From: Candidatus Bathyarchaeota archaeon
GTDB taxonomy: Archaea > Thermoproteota > Bathyarchaeia > Bathyarchaeales > Bathycorpusculaceae
Length of the DNA: 64,000 bases
NCBI GenBank assembly: GCA_963826715.1
Contig: CAWGYA010000008.1
Span: 32,001 to 96,000 of the forward strand
Direction: 5' to 3'
Part shown: piece by piece, positions 31,300-41,263 of the stretch
How positions within the stretch are numbered: position 1 is the stretch's first letter
Layout of the letters: every line of letters starts with the position of its first letter
Notes under the pieces: generated by a model
What the model saw: the letters and a program-made list of their open reading frames with translations, nothing else
Database searches by the model: none
What the model was told of the DNA's origin: nothing
Position numbers and translations under genes: made by a program

Positions 31300-32253
31300 T
31301 TGGAATATGAATCAAACATACCTTTGCCAGTTAATAGCCTATCTGAGCTTTTAACTATCGTCGGAATTCCAGCTTATAATGCGGAAAAGACAATCGCACG
31401 GATTATCATTGAGGCACAAAAATATTGCCAAATCGTTGTGGTTTGCGATGATGGGTCAACTGATTATACAAAAGATATCGCAGAACATTTAGGGGCTCAT
31501 GTTATCGTGCATAAAAGAAATTTAGGATACGGGGCGGCCTTGCACAGTTTGTTTAATCAGGCAATAAAACTAAACGCTGATATTTTAGTAACCATAGATG
31601 CTGATGGACAACATAATCCATCCGAAATTCCGAGATTAATCGATAAAATGAAATTAGATCAAGGAGATGTCATTTTGGGTAGTCGATTTATTGAAAAAAA
31701 CGGTACATCTGAAATGCCTGCTTATAGGCAATTTGGGATAAAATTAATCACTTTGCTAAATAATAGATCTACAAAAAATGGTGTAACAGATGCACAAAGT
31801 GGATTTAGAGCATACAACAAAAACGCCATAAATCATCTTATTGATATATCAGAAAATGGCATGAGTGCAAGTATAGAACTTCTTCAGCTATCAAAAAAAC
31901 ACAATCTGAAAATCTCGGAAGTTGCAATAACATGCAAATATAGCAGCAGTACAAAAGAGGAAACATCATCTAAACATCCGATCTTTCACGGATTAGGTCT
32001 CACTACAACAATCATCAAACTTATCGTCGAGGACAAACCCATACGAATGTTGGGGATTCCCGGAATCATTTCAATAGCATTAGGAACTTTTTTTGGAGTG
32101 TGGATGATGAATTTATATGCAATTGAACATAGAATAGTAACGAATGTTGCTTTGGCATCAATTGCGTTCATATTGATAGGATTCTTCTTAATTTCAACGA
32201 GTCTAACATTATTTGCAATTAATAGACTCTCAATCAAATCCACACGTCAATAA
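31300..32253 (+). CDS. GT2 glycosyltransferase, polyprenol-phosphate (DPM synthase-like) type with two C-terminal TMs
   Basis: IPAYNAE, VCDDGSTD, NLGYGAAL, TIDADGQH, GSRF, DAQSGFRAY. Confidence 0.92.
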   Translation: MEYESNIPLPVNSLSELLTIVGIPAYNAEKTIARIIIEAQKYCQIVVVCDDGSTDYTKDIAEHLGAHVIVHKRNLGYGAALHSLFNQAIKLNADILVTIDADGQHNPSEIPRLIDKMKLDQGDVILGSRFIEKNGTSEMPAYRQFGIKLITLLNNRSTKNGVTDAQSGFRAYNKNAINHLIDISENGMSASIELLQLSKKHNLKISEVAITCKYSSSTKEETSSKHPIFHGLGLTTTIIKLIVEDKPIRMLGIPGIISIALGTFFGVWMMNLYAIEHRIVTNVALASIAFILIGFFLISTSLTLFAINRLSIKSTRQ

Positions 32254-32338
32254 AGAAATTATTTATTCGATATGATTTTTAAGAATCATCTTTTTTAATT
32301 GCAAACTCAAAGAATACATCGAAAGCAAATAACAATAG

Positions 32339-33505
32339 GTGAAAAACTTGAAAGTTCTGGCAATAGTATCAGCAATCGACCTAGAAGAAGCGCCAAGGGG
32401 AACCATATTCTGGTGGCAACTGTTTAAAAATATGTCAGAACTCGGCGTAGAAGTTATTGTGGTATCATTCTTGGGCAAATCAATAGTAACTCCATGGTGG
32501 GAATGTTATCCAAATCCGGCGTACTATACAGCTAAATTAGCATATGGTACAGTCAAAAACTCACAAAAAAACTATACTATCAAATCAATTAAATCATTCG
32601 CCGAAAAAATAAAGATAGATATTGCTATCGGACGCATAATAAGCGAACAATGGGAAAAAACCATCTCAGAAATTGCAGTTAAGGAAAAAAATATTGATGC
32701 CGTACTCTTGCTAAGTTTACCCATCAAACCACTTGAACCACTTATAAGGCAAATAAAAAAGAAAATTGGAAAAAAAATAGTATACATAGAAGCTGACATG
32801 CCTGAGGTACTTCCTGAATATAACATGTTTGGATATAGCTACTATGCTAATACAGATCTCTCAATTTTTGACGGCTACCTTTCAAATTCAGAGGGAGTCT
32901 CACAAACTGTAAAAAAAATGGGCGCATCCAACGTCGGCACTTTGCACTTTGCTATTGATCCTGAAATCTACAAAATATATCCAGAGGAGAAAATTATAGA
33001 TATTATTTTCTCAGGTGTTGGCACAGGTGGTCGTAGAGAACTAATAAATAAAATGATTATAAAGCCAGCTATCGATAGTTCACTTAAATTCGGGGTTTCA
33101 GGTATCTGGAAAATTGCGTTACCCGAGAATGTGACTCAATTGGGTTTTGTTCCCTTTGCAAGATGGCTTAGAGTGATATGCTCAAGCTATATCGCCTTAG
33201 ATGTAGTTAGGCACGGTCATGCTGCTGTTCGCGAAACATCAACTTACAGATTATTTGAATTATGTGGCCTAGGTCTACCGGTAGTAACCAACAAACGTGA
33301 CGGTATAGAAAGATTTTATCAACCAGGCAAAGAAATCATAATGTTAAATGATAACGATAATCCACTCCAGGTTTATCAAAAATTACTTGAAGATAAAGAG
33401 AAGTTAATTAAGATAAGTCGTCTTGCCAGAGAGCGAACATTAAAAGAACACACGTGCAGACATAGAGCGCTTGAGCTAATTGAGTATTTGAGAAGAATTA
33501 AATGA
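32339..33505 (+). CDS. CgeB-like GT-B glycosyltransferase
   Basis: LHFAIDP, IALDVVR...STYRLFELCGLGLPVVTN...ERFYQPGKEI...ARERTLKEHTCRHRA, typical of the CgeB/Glyco_trans_1_2 C-terminus. Confidence 0.8.
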   Translation: MKNLKVLAIVSAIDLEEAPRGTIFWWQLFKNMSELGVEVIVVSFLGKSIVTPWWECYPNPAYYTAKLAYGTVKNSQKNYTIKSIKSFAEKIKIDIAIGRIISEQWEKTISEIAVKEKNIDAVLLLSLPIKPLEPLIRQIKKKIGKKIVYIEADMPEVLPEYNMFGYSYYANTDLSIFDGYLSNSEGVSQTVKKMGASNVGTLHFAIDPEIYKIYPEEKIIDIIFSGVGTGGRRELINKMIIKPAIDSSLKFGVSGIWKIALPENVTQLGFVPFARWLRVICSSYIALDVVRHGHAAVRETSTYRLFELCGLGLPVVTNKRDGIERFYQPGKEIIMLNDNDNPLQVYQKLLEDKEKLIKISRLARERTLKEHTCRHRALELIEYLRRIK

Positions 33506-34716
33506 AAATAACTCAGATTTCAACAAGATATTGGCCATACGCAGCAGGACTCGAAGAATTCTTATATTCACTTTCAAAAGAACTATCGGCAAATGGAAAC
33601 GATATTAACGTGTTAACAACAAATTCGAGTGGAGAATTTTCTATCCCTCAAATCCGATTAGGCAGATTACCGCTTAACAGAATAACAAGTCCTTTCCCTT
33701 CTGGAACCACACGAATTAATGATAACTTCAAAATTCAACGTCTAAAAGCATATGTCAGATTCGGGCCGTTTCACCTTACTAATGTTATGAAGTTAACTAA
33801 ACAAAAAAGCGACATAGTTCACGTCCATGCACTAACAGATTTTCTCTTTTGGTTACCTGCTATAGGCAGACTTTCAGATTCAAAATTCATTATAACAATT
33901 CATGACGTTGCCCCAACAGTTGCCACTGATCTTGAGGCTTTATTTTGGAAGCCTTACTCGCAATTCTTCGTTCCAAAATTAATAAAAAGATTCCAGCAAA
34001 TAATAGTTCCCTCCTTGACCCAAATAGAATATCTAGAAAATGTAGGTATTAACCGGAAACAAATTTCGCTGATTCCCCTTTGTTTTGATCCAAAAATAGA
34101 AAGTATCGCCAATGATAATGAAAATAGCATTAAATCAATCCGAGCAAGATACGGAGTAGCCCCACAAGAATTCTTGATCATTTCTATAGGACGTTTAATA
34201 GCTACTAAACGTTATGATTTAGTTATCTATGCACTAAACCAAATTTTCCAGGAAAAGCCGCTTGAGCAAATAAAATACATTATAGTGGGTTCAGACGAAG
34301 GGGAACTGGCTACACTAAAAAAGTTAAGTCAGCGTCTAAAGTTGACAAAAAAAATAATTTTCACCGGAATAAAAAGCCACATAGAAACTTTGCAACTACT
34401 AAAATCAGCTGATTTATTTTTAATGCCCAGTGAGATTGAAGCTTTCAATCTTGCCACTGTAGAGGCAATGCGACTGTCTATACCGGTTTTAATAAGCAGT
34501 GGTGTCGGAGTCCGCTATTTAATAAGACAGGATAAGAATGGGATTATATTCAAGAAAAATGATATAGCTGACTTGACTATAAAACTTTTAAAAATAATAG
34601 ATGACCCTTCTAAATATCAAAGAATGGGCATAGAAGGCAAAAAAACTGCTGAAAACGTTTGTTCACCAAAAGTTGTAGCTGAAAAACACAATGAACTATA
34701 CAGGAAGTCCCTTTGA
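33502..34716 (+). CDS. GT4 glycosyltransferase
   Basis: YWPYAAGLE, DIVHVH, SIGRL...KRYD, FLMPSEIEAFNLATVEAM (EX7E). Confidence 0.92.
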   Translation: MKITQISTRYWPYAAGLEEFLYSLSKELSANGNDINVLTTNSSGEFSIPQIRLGRLPLNRITSPFPSGTTRINDNFKIQRLKAYVRFGPFHLTNVMKLTKQKSDIVHVHALTDFLFWLPAIGRLSDSKFIITIHDVAPTVATDLEALFWKPYSQFFVPKLIKRFQQIIVPSLTQIEYLENVGINRKQISLIPLCFDPKIESIANDNENSIKSIRARYGVAPQEFLIISIGRLIATKRYDLVIYALNQIFQEKPLEQIKYIIVGSDEGELATLKKLSQRLKLTKKIIFTGIKSHIETLQLLKSADLFLMPSEIEAFNLATVEAMRLSIPVLISSGVGVRYLIRQDKNGIIFKKNDIADLTIKLLKIIDDPSKYQRMGIEGKKTAENVCSPKVVAEKHNELYRKSL

Positions 34717-35786
34717 TGATTCCCGTAGCAGCGTTGAAAGATCCAAAAAAGAGAATATGGCTTGTTTCAGTAGCCATCTCTTGTGCCATTATTACATTAT
34801 TTTTCGTTACCCAACAGATGAAACATGAAGTCAGCTATCCCCTTGGCTGGGATCAACCTGTGTATGTTCACGAAGCTAATCGCATTTTAGAAATGGGAAT
34901 AATTCCATGGATTCAATCTGTAAGAGTCCTAGACCTATACTGGGCCTTTCCCGCATATATAGGAGCATTAATTAACAACACACAAACTGCGGTAATCCTA
35001 ATTGAAATAATACAATCCAGCACTTTAGCCATACTGTTCTCAATACTCTCTTACAGAATTACTAATTCGCCGATAATTGCTTCATCCACTGCTTTGCTTT
35101 ACCCGTTTCTAAATAACTCGGTTCAGTTATTTGTTCTGCCGCGCGAAGCCTTCGCTTTAATCCTGCTTCTTTCAATAATTATTTTCGTTCAGAAGCTATA
35201 CCAACCATTGAATATAAAAAAGGTAAAAACGTGGCTTTTTGGGATAGCTTTCCTTATCCTTTTCCTTTGGAATATAACAAATGCCGCTTTCGTAGTGGTA
35301 TTGTTTTCAATAATATGTATAATGATCCGGAATAAAACGTTAATTCTTAATTTTCTCATTCTCTTCGGGATAAGTGCAATAACAACCCTTATCTTATCAT
35401 ACGCTTTTTTTGGAGGCTATAAATACGAAGTTACTTATTGGACCCCAATGTCACCAACAATAAGCTTTTTTACCTCAAAATTTATTCAATGGACAGGAGG
35501 TTCCATACTACTATTCTCAATAGCTATTCTTGGTCTAATAATGCTATGGACCCAGCGGAAAAAAATTAATCTACAGTCAAAGACTACAATAGTATGGAGT
35601 ATTATAACATTAACATTGTTCTTTGCCGGTTTTCTTACGAGCCCATTCATAAATGAATGGTATGTTTATGTTGATAGAGCATTGCTTCTATTTCCAATAC
35701 AGCTATTACTTCCAATAGGTCTAAGCTTTCTGTCAATAGGTACAATAAAATTCCTTAAATGGGGGTATAAACATGCTAAACAATGA
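34713..35786 (+). CDS. GT-C-like polytopic membrane protein
   Basis: About 10 TMs, YPLGWDQPVY first-loop Asp motif, LPRE and YVDRALL. Confidence 0.65.
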   Translation: MMIPVAALKDPKKRIWLVSVAISCAIITLFFVTQQMKHEVSYPLGWDQPVYVHEANRILEMGIIPWIQSVRVLDLYWAFPAYIGALINNTQTAVILIEIIQSSTLAILFSILSYRITNSPIIASSTALLYPFLNNSVQLFVLPREAFALILLLSIIIFVQKLYQPLNIKKVKTWLFGIAFLILFLWNITNAAFVVVLFSIICIMIRNKTLILNFLILFGISAITTLILSYAFFGGYKYEVTYWTPMSPTISFFTSKFIQWTGGSILLFSIAILGLIMLWTQRKKINLQSKTTIVWSIITLTLFFAGFLTSPFINEWYVYVDRALLLFPIQLLLPIGLSFLSIGTIKFLKWGYKHAKQ

Positions 35787-36744
35787 CACCAAATCAAAAA
35801 AGACAGCCTTAATTGTCTTCTCGGCAATAACAATAATTATCATAGCCTACAATTACCCCAACTTTGAAAATCAATTAAACCTTCATCTAAACACGTGGGT
35901 ATCAAAAAGTTTTTACGATAGCATATTATCAATAAAAAATCAGCTCAAAAATGACACTGACCCAATTGTATTTATAGCCTTCGCGCCCCAAGCAAATATC
36001 TTATCATATTACAGAAACATAATTCAGATGGAAATAACAAACGCCCATCTTTATTACGGAAAACTCGATTTTCTAATCCAAAGACAGCCTACACCAACAA
36101 GATTCTTCAAAACAACAGATGATGCAAACTACAGCGCATACTATTTTGAAGAGACAAAAAACGTAATAACTGCACCAAAAGAATTCACAATTGTAATTTT
36201 GAAGGAACTTTATGGCATAGATAGCACATCAGCAAAACTTCTTGAATTTTCTAAGATAAATGATGGCAATTACTTGAAAAACATCAGCAACAATAATCAA
36301 ACATTAACAATTCCAATTCAAGTAATAACAGCCTACACGGATTACACAGAACTCTCAAAGGGATTTTATGTTCTTGAAAAAGACTGGGCTTATGCAGGAT
36401 CAATCCTCGAATATTTCTACGAAAATAAGAATCCCCAAATTTACCCTAATGTTTATGCTAAAGTAACTTACCCAATATGGCTTTTTAACGCTCAAAACAC
36501 CCAAATGGATGTACACTTGTTTGATGCCTTTGATAGCGATTGGGGCACCCTCTATTTTTCTCTTGACAATCAAAATATAGGAAATTATACATATGAAGGA
36601 ACCGGAGAAAACAGATGGTTAAATTTTACAATACAACCTCAAGATGAAGGATTTCATTCTTTATTAATCGAACTTAGATCTATAAATCAGGGAATCTTAA
36701 GATTGGACGTCATCCAATTGAGTTCCAATCCTGAAGAAAAATAA
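35773..36744 (+). CDS. membrane-anchored extracellular protein with a C-terminal CBM-like beta-sandwich
   Basis: Single N-terminal TM; C-terminus LYFSLDNQ...EGFHSLLIEL...LRLDVIQL. 14-nt overlap with the upstream gene. Confidence 0.65.
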   Translation: MLNNDTKSKKTALIVFSAITIIIIAYNYPNFENQLNLHLNTWVSKSFYDSILSIKNQLKNDTDPIVFIAFAPQANILSYYRNIIQMEITNAHLYYGKLDFLIQRQPTPTRFFKTTDDANYSAYYFEETKNVITAPKEFTIVILKELYGIDSTSAKLLEFSKINDGNYLKNISNNNQTLTIPIQVITAYTDYTELSKGFYVLEKDWAYAGSILEYFYENKNPQIYPNVYAKVTYPIWLFNAQNTQMDVHLFDAFDSDWGTLYFSLDNQNIGNYTYEGTGENRWLNFTIQPQDEGFHSLLIELRSINQGILRLDVIQLSSNPEEK

Positions 36745-36867
36745 AATCTATGAAGGGGTACAAAGTGTACCTTAAAAATTAAGAAACAAAACCATACAAT
36801 TTGAATAATAAAAGAAAAAAATAGTTTACTTTTCACAATAACCTTTTGGAGCTATATAATTAAAAAT

Positions 36868-37535
36868 TTAACCGACTAAAGTTGGCTTAGATGGTGTATA
36901 GCCCCCGAGTATACTCTAGTCGCATAGTTCCGGGTTTGCCTGGTTTTGGATCCCATGCCACGTGATGCCGTCACCGCCTATAACAATTAAATGCAGTTGA
37001 TCACCTATCATGGTTGCTGCAGGTGTTTTAATTGTTGAGCCAGAAAATGCGCTCCAATCATGCCACAAGTTGTTGTAATAATTATTTGTATAAATGCTTC
37101 CGACTGTACTTTTTACTACTATAGTTAGAAAATTAGTTGTCTGTGATCTCGTTAAGGTAGCTGAAGAATTTGATGTTCCTGGCAGGCAACTCCAAATAGA
37201 AACAGTCACAGTTACCATATCAACAGTGGAATACCACAAAGTATTATTTACATACGAGTCTGTTGGATTATAGCCTCGAACCACTATTGTAATTTGTTTC
37301 CAATTTGATAGACTGCAGGAGTGTCACATGTAACACCACTTGACAAAACACCCCAATCACTCCACAATCGTAATTGGGGACTATAGGTTCTATAGTAAAT
37401 CGAATTATCTAATCCACTAACCACGAGCGTTAAAGAGGTACCATTAGACGTTAAAGCTCAAGCTGAAGAAGTAGCACCGCTCAAAATGCTCCAACCAGAG
37501 AAAAGCAATTGGACAAACTCATGTATCCATGCCCT
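36868..37535 (-). pseudogene. decayed copy of the C-terminal beta-propeller of the giant protein at 41264-46500
   Basis: HGYMSL../FSGWSILSGATSSA*ALTSNGTSLTLVVSGLDNSIYYRTY...TCDTPA.../VVRGYNPTDSYVNNTLWYSTV...GITWHGI...D*SILGGYTPSKPTLVG*. Two nonsense codons, frameshifts, no 5' part. Confidence 0.88.
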
Positions 37536-37765
37536 TTCAGAGATATACGGGTTATAGGTATTCAAGAACTTCTTAGAGGAGAGAGACATTGAACTTAAAA
37601 GGCAAAACAAGAAGCATTTACAGAGACTTAAAGACTGGTCGTTTCATAAAGAAGCCATAGAAACACATCTTTTTTTATTTACACATGCTAACCAGTCACG
37701 TAGTCATCAAGTGGCAAATAGCAAGCTAAGCCGTTCTGAAGATTAATCCAATTTACACCGTTTGT

Positions 37766-39102
37766 TTATATGCCTAAAAAGTTTGCATCTTGCTGCGCAA
37801 CGAAAGCCCATAATTTGGGATTTTGATACAAATCCCAACTTGCAGGGATAAAGCCATCATAACAGTCTGGTTGGTATCCACTCCACAAAGTTATTCTTGT
37901 ATAACCTAAATTAGTCATTTGCTGATATTGGGCAGCAATTTCGCTCATATTGCAATTTTGCCAACTTGGACTGCCCATCCAAGTTCCACCCCAAATATAA
38001 CCGCCAAGACTCAAAACCCCATTGCATTGAGAAAGTGTGGTAGTGTAGTTATATGTTAATGGAAGATAAAGATCGTAATCGATACCTGTTGCGTTATTCC
38101 CAAAGCAATCGAACTTAACGGTGTAGAACTATCCACTATCTGGTTTGATTCGCCATAACTGTTTAAAGTTTGAGTTTGCACAACCGCCGTTAAGAAATTG
38201 TTAATTGCTGTAGTAGTGTTTAACCATTGCATGTCGTCCCAATAAATTCTATCCATAGTTGCTTGTGGTAGCATTCCATTAATACGGTCAACCCATTGAG
38301 CAGTAGTATAAGTGCTAATATCTGAAACATCATCAACCTGCCACATAGAGTAAACCCACCACACTGTAAAGCCAGCATTCATTAATATTATTGATTCTTG
38401 CTGCATTTGCGACATAGCAACACCTTGTGTAGTAACACCGACATCGGTAATGTGTTCCTGATGTAACCAGTTTGTCATTGAAGCATTAATTTGACTTGGC
38501 AAACAATTTATCCAAGTGAAAATATGCAATGGACGAGCTGAATCAGAAGCATCTGAAACAATCTGTGCGCGTGCGGGCGAAACAATCTGTCCATCAACAT
38601 AGAAAACGTTATTGCTATAATCATTTATGTTAGCTGTTGCGCCGACGTAATAAGTTAAACCTGTTACACCTGCATTTAGAGTTAAATTTGAGCCCGACGG
38701 AATAAAGATTTGAGTATTACCATAATTTCCCGCTTTAACAACAACTTGTACATTTAGTGCGGGCGGATACATAGAAGCACCTAAAGAGTTAGTGCTTTCC
38801 TGATAAACGGCGTTAAAAACTGTTAATGCGTTAAGTGAAGTTTTAAAAACATTTCCATTCGGCTCTTTAGCAGTATATTCATTTGTTAGTGGGTTTTTGT
38901 AAATTTGCCAAGTAGGATTCGTCGGTTGGTTATTCTGAATATTCGTTGCAGTAAAATTAAGTACAGTTAATGAAGAGCCAACCAAAATAGCAACTATAAA
39001 GGTGGCCAAAATAGCCTTCTGCGCAGTAGTCCAGTTACTATGGTTTAATTTCAGAGAGGGTCTTGATAACCTCATGATTTTTCTAAAGCTATTTCTAGAC
39101 AT
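37766..39102 (-). CDS. membrane-anchored secreted protein with a putative glycan-active TIM-barrel-like domain; frameshift about 38130
   Basis: N-terminal TM; WQIYKN...YTAK...VVVKAGNY cap; RIYWDDMQ. The alternative frame (FYTVKFDCFGNNATGIDYDLYLP...) continues into ORF 37766..38014. Confidence 0.55.
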
Positions 39103-39412
39103 TCTTTCATTAATTAAATTTAGGCAAAATCATTCTTGTGTCTATCTGTTTGTGTTTGTTTTTTTTACGAGTGCCAGTCAGTTTGACAATGAGACTGACT
39201 GGGTGAGACATTCTGATAGTGACAGTGAGGGCGCGCGGGCACGTGTGTGTATGGGAGCGTTTGTGTTTTGGTGAGTTCAAAGTCTTAAGCGTTTGAGTTC
39301 AAGAGAGAAAGAGAGAGAAAAGATTAATAAATAATCCTCAAATTAGCAAAACACTCTGCTTCTTGTTTTTTTCAGTTCTATCAAACAAAGTTATCCTTTT
39401 GGAGAAACGGCA

Positions 39413-40105
39413 TTATTTGATACAAATAAAAAGAAAGTGTCGAGAAAACGTAGGAGTCAACCAGTTAGGTACATTAAAACTTACATTGAAGATGCTAAAC
39501 CAACTTTTATTGATAATAGATTCAAAACCTGTTGCCTTTAGGATATGTTTTAATGAATTATTATTATATAACCTAATATGCTGACCCTTTTTGGTTACAT
39601 CAAGTTCGGGGGTTGGAAAAGTCCCACCCAAATAACGTAACCGCATATAGAGGTTAAAAGGATTATGAGTTGAAATAACGAGTTTTCCACCATGCTTTAA
39701 AACTCTAAAAATTTCATGCAGTGCATTGTCAGGAAACGCTAAATGTTCAATAACTTCAGTAAAAATCACGTAATCAAAGAAGTTATTGCAGTATGGAAAT
39801 TTCTGGAATGAGATATCGCTTTGCTTTGCTTCGATGCCTTGAGTATTCAAATATGTTACGCATTTCGGTGATAGATCAAGTGCATGTAAATTTAAACTTG
39901 ATGATTGTATACTTTTCAAAATGAAACCTGAACCTGAGCCCACATCCAATATTACTTTATCATTTAGTTCTTCTTCCAATAAGATTTTTATAACAAATTT
40001 TTGCCATAACCGAGGGTGGTTATTTGGTTGAAAGTCATTATAGACCTCATTGTCATAGAAGGATAACATATCGTTGGAATGACTTGCCGCAACATTTTTT
40101 TTCAA
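39413..40105 (-). CDS. class I SAM-dependent methyltransferase
   Basis: ILDVGSGSG, LDLS, FDYVIFTEVIEHL, LKHGGKLVISTHN, HIRLY. Confidence 0.9.
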   Translation of the reverse strand: MKKNVAASHSNDMLSFYDNEVYNDFQPNNHPRLWQKFVIKILLEEELNDKVILDVGSGSGFILKSIQSSSLNLHALDLSPKCVTYLNTQGIEAKQSDISFQKFPYCNNFFDYVIFTEVIEHLAFPDNALHEIFRVLKHGGKLVISTHNPFNLYMRLRYLGGTFPTPELDVTKKGQHIRLYNNNSLKHILKATGFESIINKSWFSIFNVSFNVPNWLTPTFSRHFLFICIK

Positions 40106-40121
40106 GTATTTACTTTCCCCG

Positions 40122-41060
40122 TTATTTACAATTTATATTTAATGCGTTTAGATAATCCTTTATTCCTGTCTCCAAAGGACGGGGATTTACGGATAGAGTT
40201 TTTGATAATAAAGAGGTATCTGCCATAGTCCATTCTAGATATTTTGAAGGTTTTGGTATATAATATGGTTTAATATCCTTTTTTAGATAATTATTGATTA
40301 AACTAACCACTTCATTAAACGTGTAGCTCTTTCCAGAGCCTACATTCAATATTTCAGGTAAATCATCTATTTCACAGCATTTTATGATTACGTCAATTAC
40401 GTCATCTATGTAAACAAAGTCCCTGGCTTGACTGCCATTACCATATAGTATTGGTTGTTCATCTCTTATAATGGAACTTAGAAAGAGTGTAATTGGACTA
40501 GAAATTTGTTTCTTATGTGATTCACCTTGGCCGTATCCCGCGAAAATTCTAAGACCAACATTATTGACTTCTTCAGAATAGAGTTTAGCTATTTTCTCGC
40601 ATGAGAGTTTGCCCACAGCATAAAGATTACCTGGATGAGGTTCAACTTGTTCAGAAGAAAGACCTTTGTTTTTTCCGTACACACTTCCAGATGATGGATA
40701 TATCACTTTTTTTATGTTTTTTTTGGTTGCGATATTAAGTACATTTATGAAACCTGCTGTTGTTGAAGAAAAAGCTTCCAAAGGTGATTCATTAAATTGA
40801 ATAACTGAGGATGGCCCAGCAAAATGGAAAAGATAATCAAAATTACCAGTTAACTCTCTTATTAAATTCTTTTCACAAATATTGGATTTGATGATTTTAA
40901 TATTATCCTCGAACTTAGATAAATTCGTTTTAGGTGAAATATTAAAGTTATCAATAACAGTAATGTCAGCACCTTCACTTGAAAGTTTAGTTACAATGTT
41001 TTGTCCTATGAAGCCTGCGCCGCCAGTTACAATTACTCGCTTTTTTTTCCAGTTCATCAT
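40122..41060 (-). CDS. NAD-dependent nucleotide-sugar epimerase/dehydratase
   Basis: TGGAGFIG, SSGSVYG, YAVGK (YxxxK), RDFVYIDD. Confidence 0.92.
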   Translation of the reverse strand: MMNWKKKRVIVTGGAGFIGQNIVTKLSSEGADITVIDNFNISPKTNLSKFEDNIKIIKSNICEKNLIRELTGNFDYLFHFAGPSSVIQFNESPLEAFSSTTAGFINVLNIATKKNIKKVIYPSSGSVYGKNKGLSSEQVEPHPGNLYAVGKLSCEKIAKLYSEEVNNVGLRIFAGYGQGESHKKQISSPITLFLSSIIRDEQPILYGNGSQARDFVYIDDVIDVIIKCCEIDDLPEILNVGSGKSYTFNEVVSLINNYLKKDIKPYYIPKPSKYLEWTMADTSLLSKTLSVNPRPLETGIKDYLNALNINCK

Positions 41061-41263
41061 CTTTTCCTCAAGTTATAGGATTAAGTTGTATGTATAATCC
41101 CATAGATATTTAGTGTTGTAATTTTTTTTAATAAATTCATAATAGTATCAACATATATTTTTCAGATACCCTTGTGCAATATATTCAATAATAATTTAAT
41201 TGCCTAATATCATTCAAAATTAGTTGCATTTAATACTTAAAAAAAGAAAATAAGGGATTTTTG

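Noticed and set aside
37540-37745. Possible integrase or mobile-element fragment (FKNFLEERDIELK...) next to the propeller pseudogene break
   Set aside because: Too short, has no start codon and shows no catalytic tyrosine-recombinase or transposase motif.
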